DNA of 46,611 nt, from the IMG/VR virus record IMGVR_UViG_3300043473_000199, positions 1 to 46,611 of that record; one strand, 5' to 3'. This stretch comes from a virus (lineage: Duplodnaviria; Caudoviricetes). A model generated the notes under the pieces. It did not search any database, had not been told where the DNA came from, and saw only the letters and a list, made by a program, of their open reading frames with translations. Positions 17,876-26,750 of this stretch are shown here, one piece after another. Position numbers and translations under genes: made by a program. Within the stretch, counting starts at the first letter, position 1. Every line of letters starts with the position of its first letter.

Positions 17876-18652
17876 ATGCTGCTTTATCGCGGCCCAAGCC
17901 GCTTAGACCCGACCCGCCGAATCGTCGTCGTCGCCATTGGCTTCGATGGCGCCCGCAACAGCAAGACGGGTCCGGGCATGGTGCAAATCTACATCATGGC
18001 CGAGCCTACCCAAGCCGTGCCCACGCCCGCCCTCGCCGCCCGCCTCCAGGGCGGCGACAAGGGCGCGTGCGGCACATGCCCTTTCCAAGGCATCTACGCC
18101 CCCACCACAGGCGAGCGCATAGACGGAACGCGGGCTTGCTACGTCCATCTTGGACAGGGTCCGGCACAGGTTGCGAAGGCGCTTGCCGCTGGCGTGTACG
18201 AAGATTGGACGGGCGCCACCGCCGGCCAAATCGCTGACATGTTCGCGGGGCGCGGCGTGCGCCTCGGCGCCTATGGCGACCCTGCCGCAATGCCCGTGTG
18301 GCTGGTGAAGGCGCTGGTGCGCCGTGCTGCGTTCTGGACGGGTTACACCCACAGCCCAGAACGGGCACCGCATCTCAAAGCCTATTGCATGGCCAGCGCA
18401 CACTCCCCAGCCCACGCCCTCGCCTTGCAAGCCAAGGGATGGCGCACCTTCCGCGTTGCACCCAAGGGCGACGTGCGCCGCATGGCGGGCGAGTTGCTTT
18501 GCCCTGCCAGCAAAGAAGCCGGCCACAAACTCCAGTGCGGCGACTGCCAAGCCTGCGACGGCCACCACAAGGGCCGCCGCGCCAACGTGATGATTCCCCT
18601 GCACGCCGGCGCAAACGCGGCCGTGCGCTACGCCGGCGTGTTGGGTTTGTAA
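17876..18652 (+). CDS. Cys-rich conserved phage protein, possibly radical-SAM-like
   Basis: GGGAGG RBS; NSKTG, CGTCP..CY, RLGAYGDP, WTGYTH and C-terminal CP..CGDCQAC motifs. Confidence 0.7.
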   Translation: MLLYRGPSRLDPTRRIVVVAIGFDGARNSKTGPGMVQIYIMAEPTQAVPTPALAARLQGGDKGACGTCPFQGIYAPTTGERIDGTRACYVHLGQGPAQVAKALAAGVYEDWTGATAGQIADMFAGRGVRLGAYGDPAAMPVWLVKALVRRAAFWTGYTHSPERAPHLKAYCMASAHSPAHALALQAKGWRTFRVAPKGDVRRMAGELLCPASKEAGHKLQCGDCQACDGHHKGRRANVMIPLHAGANAAVRYAGVLGL

Positions 18653-18676
18653 GCCCACGCGCCAACCATGCCCAAC

Positions 18677-18704
18677 CAGCCCCGTAGCAGCCGCTACGGG
18701 GCTG
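18677..18704 (+). terminator. 12-bp GC hairpin (terminator or processing site)
   Basis: CAGCCCCGTAGC-agcc-GCTACGGGGCTG in an intergenic gap; no U-tract. Confidence 0.45.
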
Positions 18705-18731
18705 CCACCCCAACCAGTGAAGGAAACCACC

Positions 18732-18935
18732 ATGCCTCTATCCCCGGCCGCCAGCGCCCGGCTACGGCGCCGCCAGCGCCACGCCCTCCCCCATTGGCAA
18801 GCCGAGCTGCGCCGCCTCGATAGGCGCGACCAGCTGGCCACCTGGGCACCCGTCGCCCTCTTCGTGGCCGGCTTCGTGGCCATCGCCGCCGCCCTCGCCC
18901 TCGCCATCGCCACCCTCGCCATCACCGGAGCCTGA
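18732..18935 (+). CDS. Small protein with Arg-rich N-terminus and C-terminal TM helix
   Basis: AAGGA RBS; hydrophobic C-terminal ~28 aa. Confidence 0.65.
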   Translation: MPLSPAASARLRRRQRHALPHWQAELRRLDRRDQLATWAPVALFVAGFVAIAAALALAIATLAITGA

Positions 18936-18939
18936 ACCC

Positions 18940-19146
18940 ATGCGTAGTTCCACCACCCTCAAACCCGCGCCCGATGGGCGCGGCTGCCACATCAGCGTCG
19001 GCAATGCCGGCGGCAGCCACGGCATGACCCTCAGCCTGCCCCAGATGCTCGACATGTTTGATTGGCTCGTCGCGTGGCGCGAGTCGGGCACCAGCACCCC
19101 CTTCGTCGCCATCCAGCCCGCCAACCCCAAGCGCAAAAGAGCCTAG
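18940..19146 (+). CDS. Hypothetical protein
   Basis: 68-aa ORF with GGAG RBS, tightly packed in the early cluster. Confidence 0.6.
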   Translation: MRSSTTLKPAPDGRGCHISVGNAGGSHGMTLSLPQMLDMFDWLVAWRESGTSTPFVAIQPANPKRKRA

Positions 19147-19149
19147 CCC

Positions 19150-19296
19150 GTGACCCTCACCGAAACCCTCGGCGCCTTCGCCCTTCTCTTCGCCCTTGGC
19201 GCCCTGGAATACGCCGCCGGCCTCCTGGCCGGCGGCGCCTTCACCCTCATCGCCAACCTCATCGCCAACCTCATCGCCAACCTCATCGGAGGCTAG
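19150..19296 (+). CDS. 48-aa hydrophobic peptide with LIAN repeats
   Basis: Translated by hand from GTG 19150; fills the gap between 19146 and 19304. Confidence 0.55.
   Translation: MTLTETLGAFALLFALGALEYAAGLLAGGAFTLIANLIANLIANLIGG
19245..19288. repeat. 12-bp tandem repeat CCTCATCGCCAA, ~3.7 copies
   Basis: Perfect units at 19245, 19257 and 19269 and a partial unit at 19281. Confidence 0.95.
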
Positions 19297-19303
19297 ACCA
19301 CCC

Positions 19304-19741
19304 ATGCCCATGTTCACTGTCTGCGGCACCATTCACTACGCCGACGGCTTCACCTACTCGGCCATTGAAGCGCGCGACGAAGCCCACGCCCGCCGGCGCG
19401 TAAAGGAGCTGATCGAAGACGACCGCTGCCGCCATTACGTCGAGCTGGAACTGCAAGAGATTTGCGTCGATTGCGTGGAGCGGATGCCCGAGCCGCCCGC
19501 ACCCTCGCCCCGCCCTCGCCTGCCCTATGCCGTCGTGCTGGCCACCCGCGCCAAGGGCGGCGTCGATCTGGACATCAACACATTCGAATACCGCGACCTC
19601 GAAACCGCGCGCCGCTGGTTCCTCGAATGCTGCGCCGATCCCGTCACCCTCTCCGTCACCCTCGAAGGGCCAGACGGCACGCAGCTTGCCGACTACTCCA
19701 ACCACGTCACCACTGCCCACATCCCCGCCAAGGAATCCTGA
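19304..19741 (+). CDS. Hypothetical protein
   Basis: GGAGG RBS before ATG 19304; 145 aa. Confidence 0.7.
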   Translation: MPMFTVCGTIHYADGFTYSAIEARDEAHARRRVKELIEDDRCRHYVELELQEICVDCVERMPEPPAPSPRPRLPYAVVLATRAKGGVDLDINTFEYRDLETARRWFLECCADPVTLSVTLEGPDGTQLADYSNHVTTAHIPAKES

Positions 19742-19743
19742 CC

Positions 19744-19920
19744 ATGCGCCTGTGCAGCTGCGACAGCGGCCTCGAACGCAATGCCGAATACGACGCTCGC
19801 GGAATCTTCCTGACCTACGCCTGCGACAAGTGTCGCAAGCGCAAGCTATCAGGCTATCGTGCCGACGTGTTGGCCGACAGCAACTATTGGCACGATGAGC
19901 CAATCGATCCGGAGGATTAA
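19744..19920 (+). CDS. Small putative Zn-binding protein
   Basis: CSC and CDKC motifs with an acidic tail; AAGGA RBS. Confidence 0.7.
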   Translation: MRLCSCDSGLERNAEYDARGIFLTYACDKCRKRKLSGYRADVLADSNYWHDEPIDPED

Positions 19921-19926
19921 CCCTCA

Positions 19927-20187
19927 ATGGTCCCCACCCATCGCGAGCGCCGGCGCCTGAACGCCCTGCGCCGTGCCCAGTCTGAAGTTGAACACTTGCG
20001 CGGCTGCCTGGAGGCAGCCGCCGCCATCCCGCGCCTGCGCCGCCGCGCTGCCGTCGGCCACCTCCGCGCCCGCCTTACCCAAGCGGAGGCGGCACTGGAG
20101 CGGCTGGTGCTGGTCGCGTCGCCCAACACAATCAACCAGCAGCCGTGGTCGAAGCCACTGCCCAAAACCCCCCAGGATCGCGCCTGA
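19927..20187 (+). CDS. Basic helical hypothetical protein
   Basis: GGAGGA RBS; 86 aa, Arg-rich. Confidence 0.55.
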   Translation: MVPTHRERRRLNALRRAQSEVEHLRGCLEAAAAIPRLRRRAAVGHLRARLTQAEAALERLVLVASPNTINQQPWSKPLPKTPQDRA

Positions 20188-20196
20188 AGCCCGCCA

Positions 20197-20230
20197 CCGT
20201 CGCCCGGCCCCCTCACAAGCCGGGCGACGG
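20197..20230 (+). terminator. 12-bp GC hairpin
   Basis: CCGTCGCCCGGC-N10-GCCGGGCGACGG just after the stop at 20187. Confidence 0.45.
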
Positions 20231-20302
20231 CTCACGCGCCTGTAGCCTCAACCTCGCGGCCATGCACCCACAACAGCTGAACCCACAGGAGTCCACGCTA
20301 CC

Positions 20303-20956
20303 ATGAACACCCTCCCGATCTACGCCCGGAACCACGCCGATGCTCTCGCCGGCGTCCCCCTCCCGCCCTGGCACATCTACAAAAACTTCCGCACCAAGCT
20401 GCTGCGCGCCGCCTGGGCCATTCGTGACGGGATGGCCAAGCGCGGGCTGGAAACCAAGGAAGTGGCGCCCTTGATCAAGCCCGGCGTCACCCTCGGCGCA
20501 CTGCACGGCTGGATGGGGGCGCGCAATGCCTGCGGCCCGGAGCACCGCGAATGGCTGGGCAGGCACCTGCACTTCGACCCCAACCTGCTGCTCCCGGAAG
20601 ACGAGGACAAGGTCGAGAAAGCCACGCGCGAACGCGCCGACCTCGGGCGCCACACGCTGTGGCGCAACCGCGCCATCCTCGCCAAGGCACGCGCGAAGGC
20701 CGATGCCAAAACCCAGCAGCACCAGCAGACGCCGCCACCCTCACCCGAGACAGCCGCACCCGGCCAGCCCAGCCCGGCACCCGCCCCCAACGGCGATATC
20801 TGCACCTACACCCACGATGGCGTGACCATGCTTACCACCCTGCATGTGCTGGTACACCGGCCCCAGGCTTACCCCGAGCTGCTGGCCCTGTTCGACCTGA
20901 TCCAGCAGGAGCTGGCCGACCAGCGCGCAAAGGAAGACAAAACCCATGAATGGTGA
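20303..20956 (+). CDS. Hypothetical protein with possible XRE-like HTH
   Basis: AGGAG RBS; segment GLETKEVAPLI..VTLGALHGWMG..P..REWLGRHL resembles an HTH. Confidence 0.6.
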   Translation: MNTLPIYARNHADALAGVPLPPWHIYKNFRTKLLRAAWAIRDGMAKRGLETKEVAPLIKPGVTLGALHGWMGARNACGPEHREWLGRHLHFDPNLLLPEDEDKVEKATRERADLGRHTLWRNRAILAKARAKADAKTQQHQQTPPPSPETAAPGQPSPAPAPNGDICTYTHDGVTMLTTLHVLVHRPQAYPELLALFDLIQQELADQRAKEDKTHEW

Positions 20957-21125
20957 GCAACCAGCGCCCATGCCCGACCATCCCAGCGAGCGTCAGGTGG
21001 TGTTCCTGCGCCTGCACCCGCTGATCAAGCGGCAGATCGCCGCCGCGGCCAAGGCGGAAGACATCTCCATCAGCGCCTGGATCAGGCGCGAGCTGGCGAA
21101 GGCACTGCCCAAGACCGACTGGTAG
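20946..21125 (+). CDS. Ribbon-helix-helix (Arc/HicB-like) DNA-binding protein, 59 aa
   Basis: Translated by hand: VVFLRLHPLIKRQIAAAAKAEDISISAWIRRELAKAL. Confidence 0.75.
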   Translation: MNGEQPAPMPDHPSERQVVFLRLHPLIKRQIAAAAKAEDISISAWIRRELAKALPKTDW

Positions 21126-21142
21126 CCGCCGCCACCCTCACC

Positions 21143-21182
21143 CCCGCCGGCCCCGTGAGCTGATCACAGCCGGGCCGGCGGG
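21143..21182. terminator. Hairpin at the convergence of early and replication operons
   Basis: CCCGCCGGCCC...GGGCCGGCGGG stem with an inner GTGA/TCAC pair. Confidence 0.55.
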
Positions 21183-21258
21183 CCAGCCCCCCGTCATCCC
21201 ATCCACGAGCCGCCAATGCCGATTAGATTGGCGCAAGCAGTTTGGAGGGGGCTGGGGT

Positions 21259-21753
21259 TCACCACTCGGCCGGCATCATCTCCTCGGCCAAGCTTCCCTC
21301 AATCGTCTCGATCCGCGCCAATAGATCGGCCGCCGATAACCCCCCTAAATCCAACCCCGCCATGCGTGGGTCATCAGCAGCCTGCTGGGCGGCCTTGGCG
21401 GCCACTGCGGTGTCCACGCCCGGCCGCAGCAGCCCAACCACCTGTAGCGCCAACTGTGCGGCCGCCAGCCGGGTTCTGCCGGCCGCCTTCTCGTCGTCCA
21501 TCAGTGCCGCGACCGTCGCCATCGCTTTTGGCGCCAGCAGCCCCACGGCACGGGCATCCAACATGCGGGCCAAGTAAGCCCGCCCGTCGCCGTGCCACAT
21601 CAGCTCGGCAATCCATGCCTCGGCCCGGCCTTCAGTCATCCCCAGCACACGGGCGGCGCCGGCCACGCCGCCCTGCAACAGCGCCTGCACCACGTCCCGC
21701 TCATGGCGCGAGAGCATGCCGCCGGCGCCCAGGTGGATCGTCATGTCATTCAT
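21259..21753 (-). CDS. HTH protein, candidate terminase small subunit
   Basis: N-terminal HTH-like segment and ATVAALM..RTRLAAAQLAL helical motif; TGATG coupling to the primase gene. Confidence 0.5.
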   Translation of the reverse strand: MNDMTIHLGAGGMLSRHERDVVQALLQGGVAGAARVLGMTEGRAEAWIAELMWHGDGRAYLARMLDARAVGLLAPKAMATVAALMDDEKAAGRTRLAAAQLALQVVGLLRPGVDTAVAAKAAQQAADDPRMAGLDLGGLSAADLLARIETIEGSLAEEMMPAEW

Positions 21754-24700
21754 CAGTCAGGCTCCGTCCCGTCACCCAGCATCCCGCGCACGGCAAACGC
21801 CCTCACCAGATCCGGCACCAGTCCAGGCAGGCCGAGCGGCACTTTGCCGATGTTCCTCACTTCCATCGGTGGACGCGTCAACAGGTAGCGCAGGTAGGGC
21901 GCAACCGTTTCCGCGAGCTTGGTATTGTCGCGCCATGTCGCCAGCAGATAGCGCCGCTGCGCCCGGCTGAAGCGTTTGGATAGCCGGTAACTTTCGCCCT
22001 CGGGCTTGTTCATGAAATCGCGCAGCGCCGCCACGGCAACCGTGCCTTCCCGCTCCCACGCCATCAGCGGGAACGTCAATTCTCCCCGCTCGCGCATCAT
22101 GTGGGTCCAGGCCGCCGTCACCCACGGCAAGTGCGTCACCGGGATGCATTCCAGCCACCGGATATTACCTTCGTCCCTTTCCAGCTCGGCGGCGCCACGC
22201 ATCCCCGGACCCAGCGGCTTGGTCAGCTCGACCATCACGGCACCGTATGCCGTCTTATTCGTCAGTCCCTTGTAAAACTCGGTCGCGGAACCGCCGACGC
22301 TGCCGTCCGTATCTTCGAACACAAACTTGTCCCGGTATGCGGGGTTATCGAGCACGCCGTCCCGCCATAGCTTCACGCCGTCGAGCATGAAGCGCAGCAG
22401 CATCTGCTTCTCTTCGACCACCTTGGCCCAGAAATACGGGTCAGCCACCACGCGCGTCGGTGCCCGTATTATCCAGAACCGACGACGGACTGAATGGTCA
22501 TGCGTCTGCCACTTGGGCATCACGTTGCCGGCCAGCATCAGGACCACGCGACTGAGGACGCGCACCCCGTTGTTGTTCAGCAGCCGCCCCCTGATCTCGT
22601 CATTGGCGATCAGTGACTTCACCAGATCGTCGCGCCACGTCATGCCCTCGCCTGACGCCTCGGCCACGAACAGGAACCGCTTCCCACGCAGCATGGGTGC
22701 GATCTCGTCATTGGCGTGCGGCGACTTCCCGCGCACCAGCTGCTCGATGCCGATCTCGCCGGCATAGGCGCCCAGCACCTCCCGGCACAGCCTGAAGAAC
22801 GTGCCTTTCCCCTCGCCCCCGTCCCCCCTAAGCACCAGCGCCCGCTGCTGGCTCGACGCCGGCCGGCAACCAGCGAGGCAATAGCCAAGCCACGCCTGGA
22901 ACCACGACCAATGCACCGGCATCGGCATCAACGGGTCGTCCCACTCGCCCAGGAAACCTTGCAGCAACTGCTGGAGATAGGGCGCCTGTGCCCAGTCCAT
23001 CACGGGCGCCGGCTCCACCTTCAGCGCCGCCAGCACGCAATCCTTGCGGGCAATGTCGCGCTCGGTGCCGGTGCCCCACTCGATGCATCGCCCACCCGGC
23101 AGCGCGATCAGCTTGCCGCTCTCCTCCTCCATCAGGCTGGTCGGGTCCGTCGTCTCGCCCAGCACCGCGTCCGGTCCAAGCAGCATCAATGCCCGCATCC
23201 TCGGGCATCGGAGTGTGGCTTTCGACAAGAACGATTTCATCTTAGCCACGATGGTCTTCTCGCTGGCGTATCGCCCCAGCCACAGCCGGATGAAGCCATC
23301 CACCCGCAGCTCCAGCTGGCCCTCATCGACCGGCGACCAGATGCCGGGCCAGGTGTCCTCGGTGCCGTGGCCTTGCCTGATCGTCAGGTATTCCACCCAC
23401 ACCGTGCCCAGCCACGCGATCCGGCCGTACCACGCCATCGCCAGCCGCACCCGGAGGTAGGCTTCATCGGGATCGGAAGGCGTGGCATCGCCGGCCTTGT
23501 CCAGCGCCTTCTGTATCCGCTCCCGCGTGCCCTTGAACGGCCCGTCCGCTTTCTCCCACAGCGCCCAAAACGGCGAGGGTTCGATGCCCACCGCCTTGAC
23601 CGATTCCGCGGCGTGCGCCTGTGCCTTCTCCTGCTCGGCGCCGGCACCGTGGGTGCGGGCTGCCGCGTCGAAGGCGTCGGTGTTCCGGGCGTTCTCGACA
23701 TCGGGTATGCCCCACCCGTTCAGATCCTTGGCCAGGGATTCCCAGCCCAGATGCGTCGTCTTGCAGCTGCGCCACGTCGTCTCGATGTAGTCGTCGTCGT
23801 TCTCGCCGCCCTTCCACTTCTTCGACCACGCGTAGAACGCGTCGAACCCTTCGAACTGGCGATCCACCCCAGCGGCCCCGCGCAGCGAGAAGCACATCCG
23901 CAGCCAGCCATCGCGGCGCATGGTGTTGGGCAGTTTCGCCACACTCTCCAGCAGCAGCTTCCAGTAGCGATCAGGGCAGCGCAGCTGCTCGGGCGTCTTG
24001 GGATCGACGCCGCTCTCGCCCGTGTCGCCGGCGACATCACCGACCCGCCACCCCTTGGCCTGGACGTGCGCGGCCACTTCCCGCAGGAACGCGTCGGCGC
24101 CGGCGATGTCCGTCTCCTGGAGCGAATCCCTGCCCGACGCGGCGGGGTGCCCGCCCAGCCACATATACGGTTTCCTGGTGGTGGCGTGGATACCGTCCAC
24201 CACGACCTGTTGGCCGTGGGCCAGTATCTCGACGGCGTGGGGCGATTCCTCCTCGTCCTTGCTTGGCTTCCAGCCCGGCGGGGTCAGGCGCATCGACCGC
24301 TTGCGGAAAGGCATCGAGCCTTCCTTCAACCGCAGCAGCATGGCGGCCTTGGGGGCGTTGCCGATCCGCCACGCGCCCCTGCCGAAATGCTTCTCGGCCA
24401 GCTCGCGCAGCTCCAGCGCCATCACCTTGTCGAGCACGTCGATGTCGATGGCGATCTCACGGCCCAGCACCAGCCCGATGCCCGCCTTGTGCTCGGGCAC
24501 CACGTAGCTGTCCCAGCGTTCGTAATCCTCGCGGATATGGACTGCGGTGGGCCACTCGTTGAAAAGGCGCCAGATCATCGCGCCGGCATCCAGCTTGCCC
24601 GGCGCCTTGCCCAGTCCCTTCTTCAGCTTGTCGCCGGGCCGCGGGTGGAGTGCCGCGTCCACCGGCAGGATCGTTACAAGCTTCTCAAATCCCGCCTTGT

Positions 24701-24761
24701 GCCACTGCACAAAACTCCACTGTGGTCCCGGCTTCTGTTCCGGGCCGGCGCCATCGGACAT
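21753..24761 (-). CDS. Primase-polymerase / PriCT / D5-like SF3 helicase fusion
   Basis: IAIDIDV and GIH..T..PY prim-pol motifs, RDGWLRM..WS PriCT-like region, Walker A GDGGEGKGT, SVRRRF. Confidence 0.88.
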   Translation of the reverse strand: MSDGAGPEQKPGPQWSFVQWHKAGFEKLVTILPVDAALHPRPGDKLKKGLGKAPGKLDAGAMIWRLFNEWPTAVHIREDYERWDSYVVPEHKAGIGLVLGREIAIDIDVLDKVMALELRELAEKHFGRGAWRIGNAPKAAMLLRLKEGSMPFRKRSMRLTPPGWKPSKDEEESPHAVEILAHGQQVVVDGIHATTRKPYMWLGGHPAASGRDSLQETDIAGADAFLREVAAHVQAKGWRVGDVAGDTGESGVDPKTPEQLRCPDRYWKLLLESVAKLPNTMRRDGWLRMCFSLRGAAGVDRQFEGFDAFYAWSKKWKGGENDDDYIETTWRSCKTTHLGWESLAKDLNGWGIPDVENARNTDAFDAAARTHGAGAEQEKAQAHAAESVKAVGIEPSPFWALWEKADGPFKGTRERIQKALDKAGDATPSDPDEAYLRVRLAMAWYGRIAWLGTVWVEYLTIRQGHGTEDTWPGIWSPVDEGQLELRVDGFIRLWLGRYASEKTIVAKMKSFLSKATLRCPRMRALMLLGPDAVLGETTDPTSLMEEESGKLIALPGGRCIEWGTGTERDIARKDCVLAALKVEPAPVMDWAQAPYLQQLLQGFLGEWDDPLMPMPVHWSWFQAWLGYCLAGCRPASSQQRALVLRGDGGEGKGTFFRLCREVLGAYAGEIGIEQLVRGKSPHANDEIAPMLRGKRFLFVAEASGEGMTWRDDLVKSLIANDEIRGRLLNNNGVRVLSRVVLMLAGNVMPKWQTHDHSVRRRFWIIRAPTRVVADPYFWAKVVEEKQMLLRFMLDGVKLWRDGVLDNPAYRDKFVFEDTDGSVGGSATEFYKGLTNKTAYGAVMVELTKPLGPGMRGAAELERDEGNIRWLECIPVTHLPWVTAAWTHMMRERGELTFPLMAWEREGTVAVAALRDFMNKPEGESYRLSKRFSRAQRRYLLATWRDNTKLAETVAPYLRYLLTRPPMEVRNIGKVPLGLPGLVPDLVRAFAVRGMLGDGTEPD

Positions 24762-24764
24762 TTC

Positions 24765-26750
24765 CTACCCTTTCCCGTAGCGCCATGCTGGCGCTGCTAC
24801 ATCACAGGCAATCGGCAAACCTGTCGCCCACGGCGGCATCTCCGTCATGCACTGCCTGATCAGGCTGGTCTGGTCCGAGCGCACTTCCACAATGGCTTCA
24901 TCATGGACATGGCCGACTATCGTCAGCCCACACATTTCGAGGTTGAGCAGCCCGGCCCGCAGGCAATCTGATGCCGCGGCCTGGGTGGCGTTTTCCGCGA
25001 GCAGCCCACCATACAGGTCGATGTCCACCAGCCGCCCGCGCCCCTCGGCCGATTTGTAGCAGACACCCGGCCGCGTGTAGCCGGTGCGTCGGTCGGTATG
25101 CTCCCCGACATGGGCACGCCAGTAGGTCAGCCAGCGACCGCTGGGCAGGCGCATGTAGAGGTTTCCCTTGTGATGCTTCAGCACCACCCGCCCGACCGGG
25201 AACTCCTTGTATGGCTCACGGCACGCCGCCATTGCCGCGTCTTCCAGGTCGCGCCAGAACCGCTTCAACTCCCAGTTCGCGTAGCGCCATGCCTGGACGA
25301 TGCCGAGCACCTCGGCCTCCTCCAGCTTCACGCCATAGGCCGCGGCCATCGAGTTGAATGCGCCGACGGCGCCCTGGTAGCCCAGCGCCAGGATCGCGAC
25401 CTTGCCGATCTGCCGTTGTTGCTTGGTGACCTCCGCTTCAGGCACCCGGAAAATGGCCGCAGCGGCGACCACGTAGGGGTCTTTGCCCTGGCGGTATACT
25501 TCCAGCAGCCGGTCGGCCCGAGCCAGCCAGGGCAGCATCCTGGCCTCGATCTGGGATAGGTCGCCGGGCTGGAGCAGGCGCCCCGGTGCCGCAACCAGAC
25601 ACGGCCGGATCAGCTGCGACGACAGATCCATGATCGTCATGTCGAGCTCGTTGGCCAGCTCGCGCAGCCGGTCATTGGTGCCGTGCCAGGCGGCGTCGAA
25701 CACCAGCTGCACCGCCTCTTCCAGCCGGTCGGCCGGCAGCTGGGCGCGGATCATGTTCTGGAGCTGCACTACTTGCCCGCTCCACCTTCCGGTGGCCGCA
25801 CCGTGGTAAAGGAACATGCCGCGCAGCCGGCCGTCGGCGTTCACGGCCTGACGCATCGAGTTGAACTTGGCCACGCTGCTCTTGCCGGCCTCGGCCCGCA
25901 GCGCCAGCGCCTCCTGCACCGCCGGCGGGTGATGCTTCTCGGCCAGCAGCTCGGACAAGTCTTCCTTCCGCAGGGTCTTCCGTTCGACCCCTTGCTGCGC
26001 CATCCAGGCTTTCAGCTTGGGCAGGGCACTGCACGCCGACACCGCCTTGCCGGTGACCTCATGCATGCGAAGGTCGAGCTGGTGCAGCTCGGCGCGGGTG
26101 ACGACGGAGAGTGCGTCCACCAGGAACAGATCGACGGCGATGCCACGGTCATTGATCCGCCAGTCCAGCAGCTCGATCTCGCGCTCGCCCGCGGCCAGTG
26201 GCGGCAGCACACTACAGGCTGCCACTTCCACCCGGACATCTTGCCTATTGTATGGATCGAGCAGGTCGAACCGCAGCCCCTCGTTATCGAACGCGGGCTC
26301 ATCGACGGCGAAGTATTGGTTCTTTATCGGTTTCGCCATCCTAAGCATGTTGTCTTTACCGGCCTTGTCTTTCCGGACATCCAACCCGAGTGCCACGGCG
26401 GCGTTGTCCAGGCCGCCGGGCAGGCCAATGGCGCGGGAACGCGATGCCGGGTCTTGCCACTGCTCATCGCGCAGCTCGGGCCAGCCGAACTTGGGCACCA
26501 TGATCTCGCGCCACATGATCCGTTCGAACCGGCCGGCATTCCAGCCCGAGAAGGTGCCGCCCTTGGCCGCATGCTCGATGATCGGCGGCGGGCACGGCTC
26601 GCCCGGGTGCCAGGTGTAGATCAAGCCGCGGAGCTGGAACGAAAACACCAGCACCTCGGTGCTGGCGTCCATGATCCATGCCCATGACCCTGCGGCCTTC
26701 AGGTTGACCGCTGAGCGGGCTTCGAAATCGCCGTAGAGGATGTCACTCAC
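24765..26750 (-). CDS. polA: Family A DNA polymerase with 3'-5' exonuclease
   Basis: DFE exonuclease motif, ATGRWSG, motif A DLSQIEAR, motif B RQIGKVAILALGY, motif C HVHDE. Confidence 0.95.
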   Translation of the reverse strand: MSDILYGDFEARSAVNLKAAGSWAWIMDASTEVLVFSFQLRGLIYTWHPGEPCPPPIIEHAAKGGTFSGWNAGRFERIMWREIMVPKFGWPELRDEQWQDPASRSRAIGLPGGLDNAAVALGLDVRKDKAGKDNMLRMAKPIKNQYFAVDEPAFDNEGLRFDLLDPYNRQDVRVEVAACSVLPPLAAGEREIELLDWRINDRGIAVDLFLVDALSVVTRAELHQLDLRMHEVTGKAVSACSALPKLKAWMAQQGVERKTLRKEDLSELLAEKHHPPAVQEALALRAEAGKSSVAKFNSMRQAVNADGRLRGMFLYHGAATGRWSGQVVQLQNMIRAQLPADRLEEAVQLVFDAAWHGTNDRLRELANELDMTIMDLSSQLIRPCLVAAPGRLLQPGDLSQIEARMLPWLARADRLLEVYRQGKDPYVVAAAAIFRVPEAEVTKQQRQIGKVAILALGYQGAVGAFNSMAAAYGVKLEEAEVLGIVQAWRYANWELKRFWRDLEDAAMAACREPYKEFPVGRVVLKHHKGNLYMRLPSGRWLTYWRAHVGEHTDRRTGYTRPGVCYKSAEGRGRLVDIDLYGGLLAENATQAAASDCLRAGLLNLEMCGLTIVGHVHDEAIVEVRSDQTSLIRQCMTEMPPWATGLPIACDVAAPAWRYGKG

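Noticed and set aside
22716-24971. 751-aa plus-strand ORF and other long antisense ORFs (e.g. 7658-8926, 30726-31916, 42814-44016)
   Set aside because: Shadow frames opposite well-supported genes in GC-rich DNA, with no recognisable motifs.
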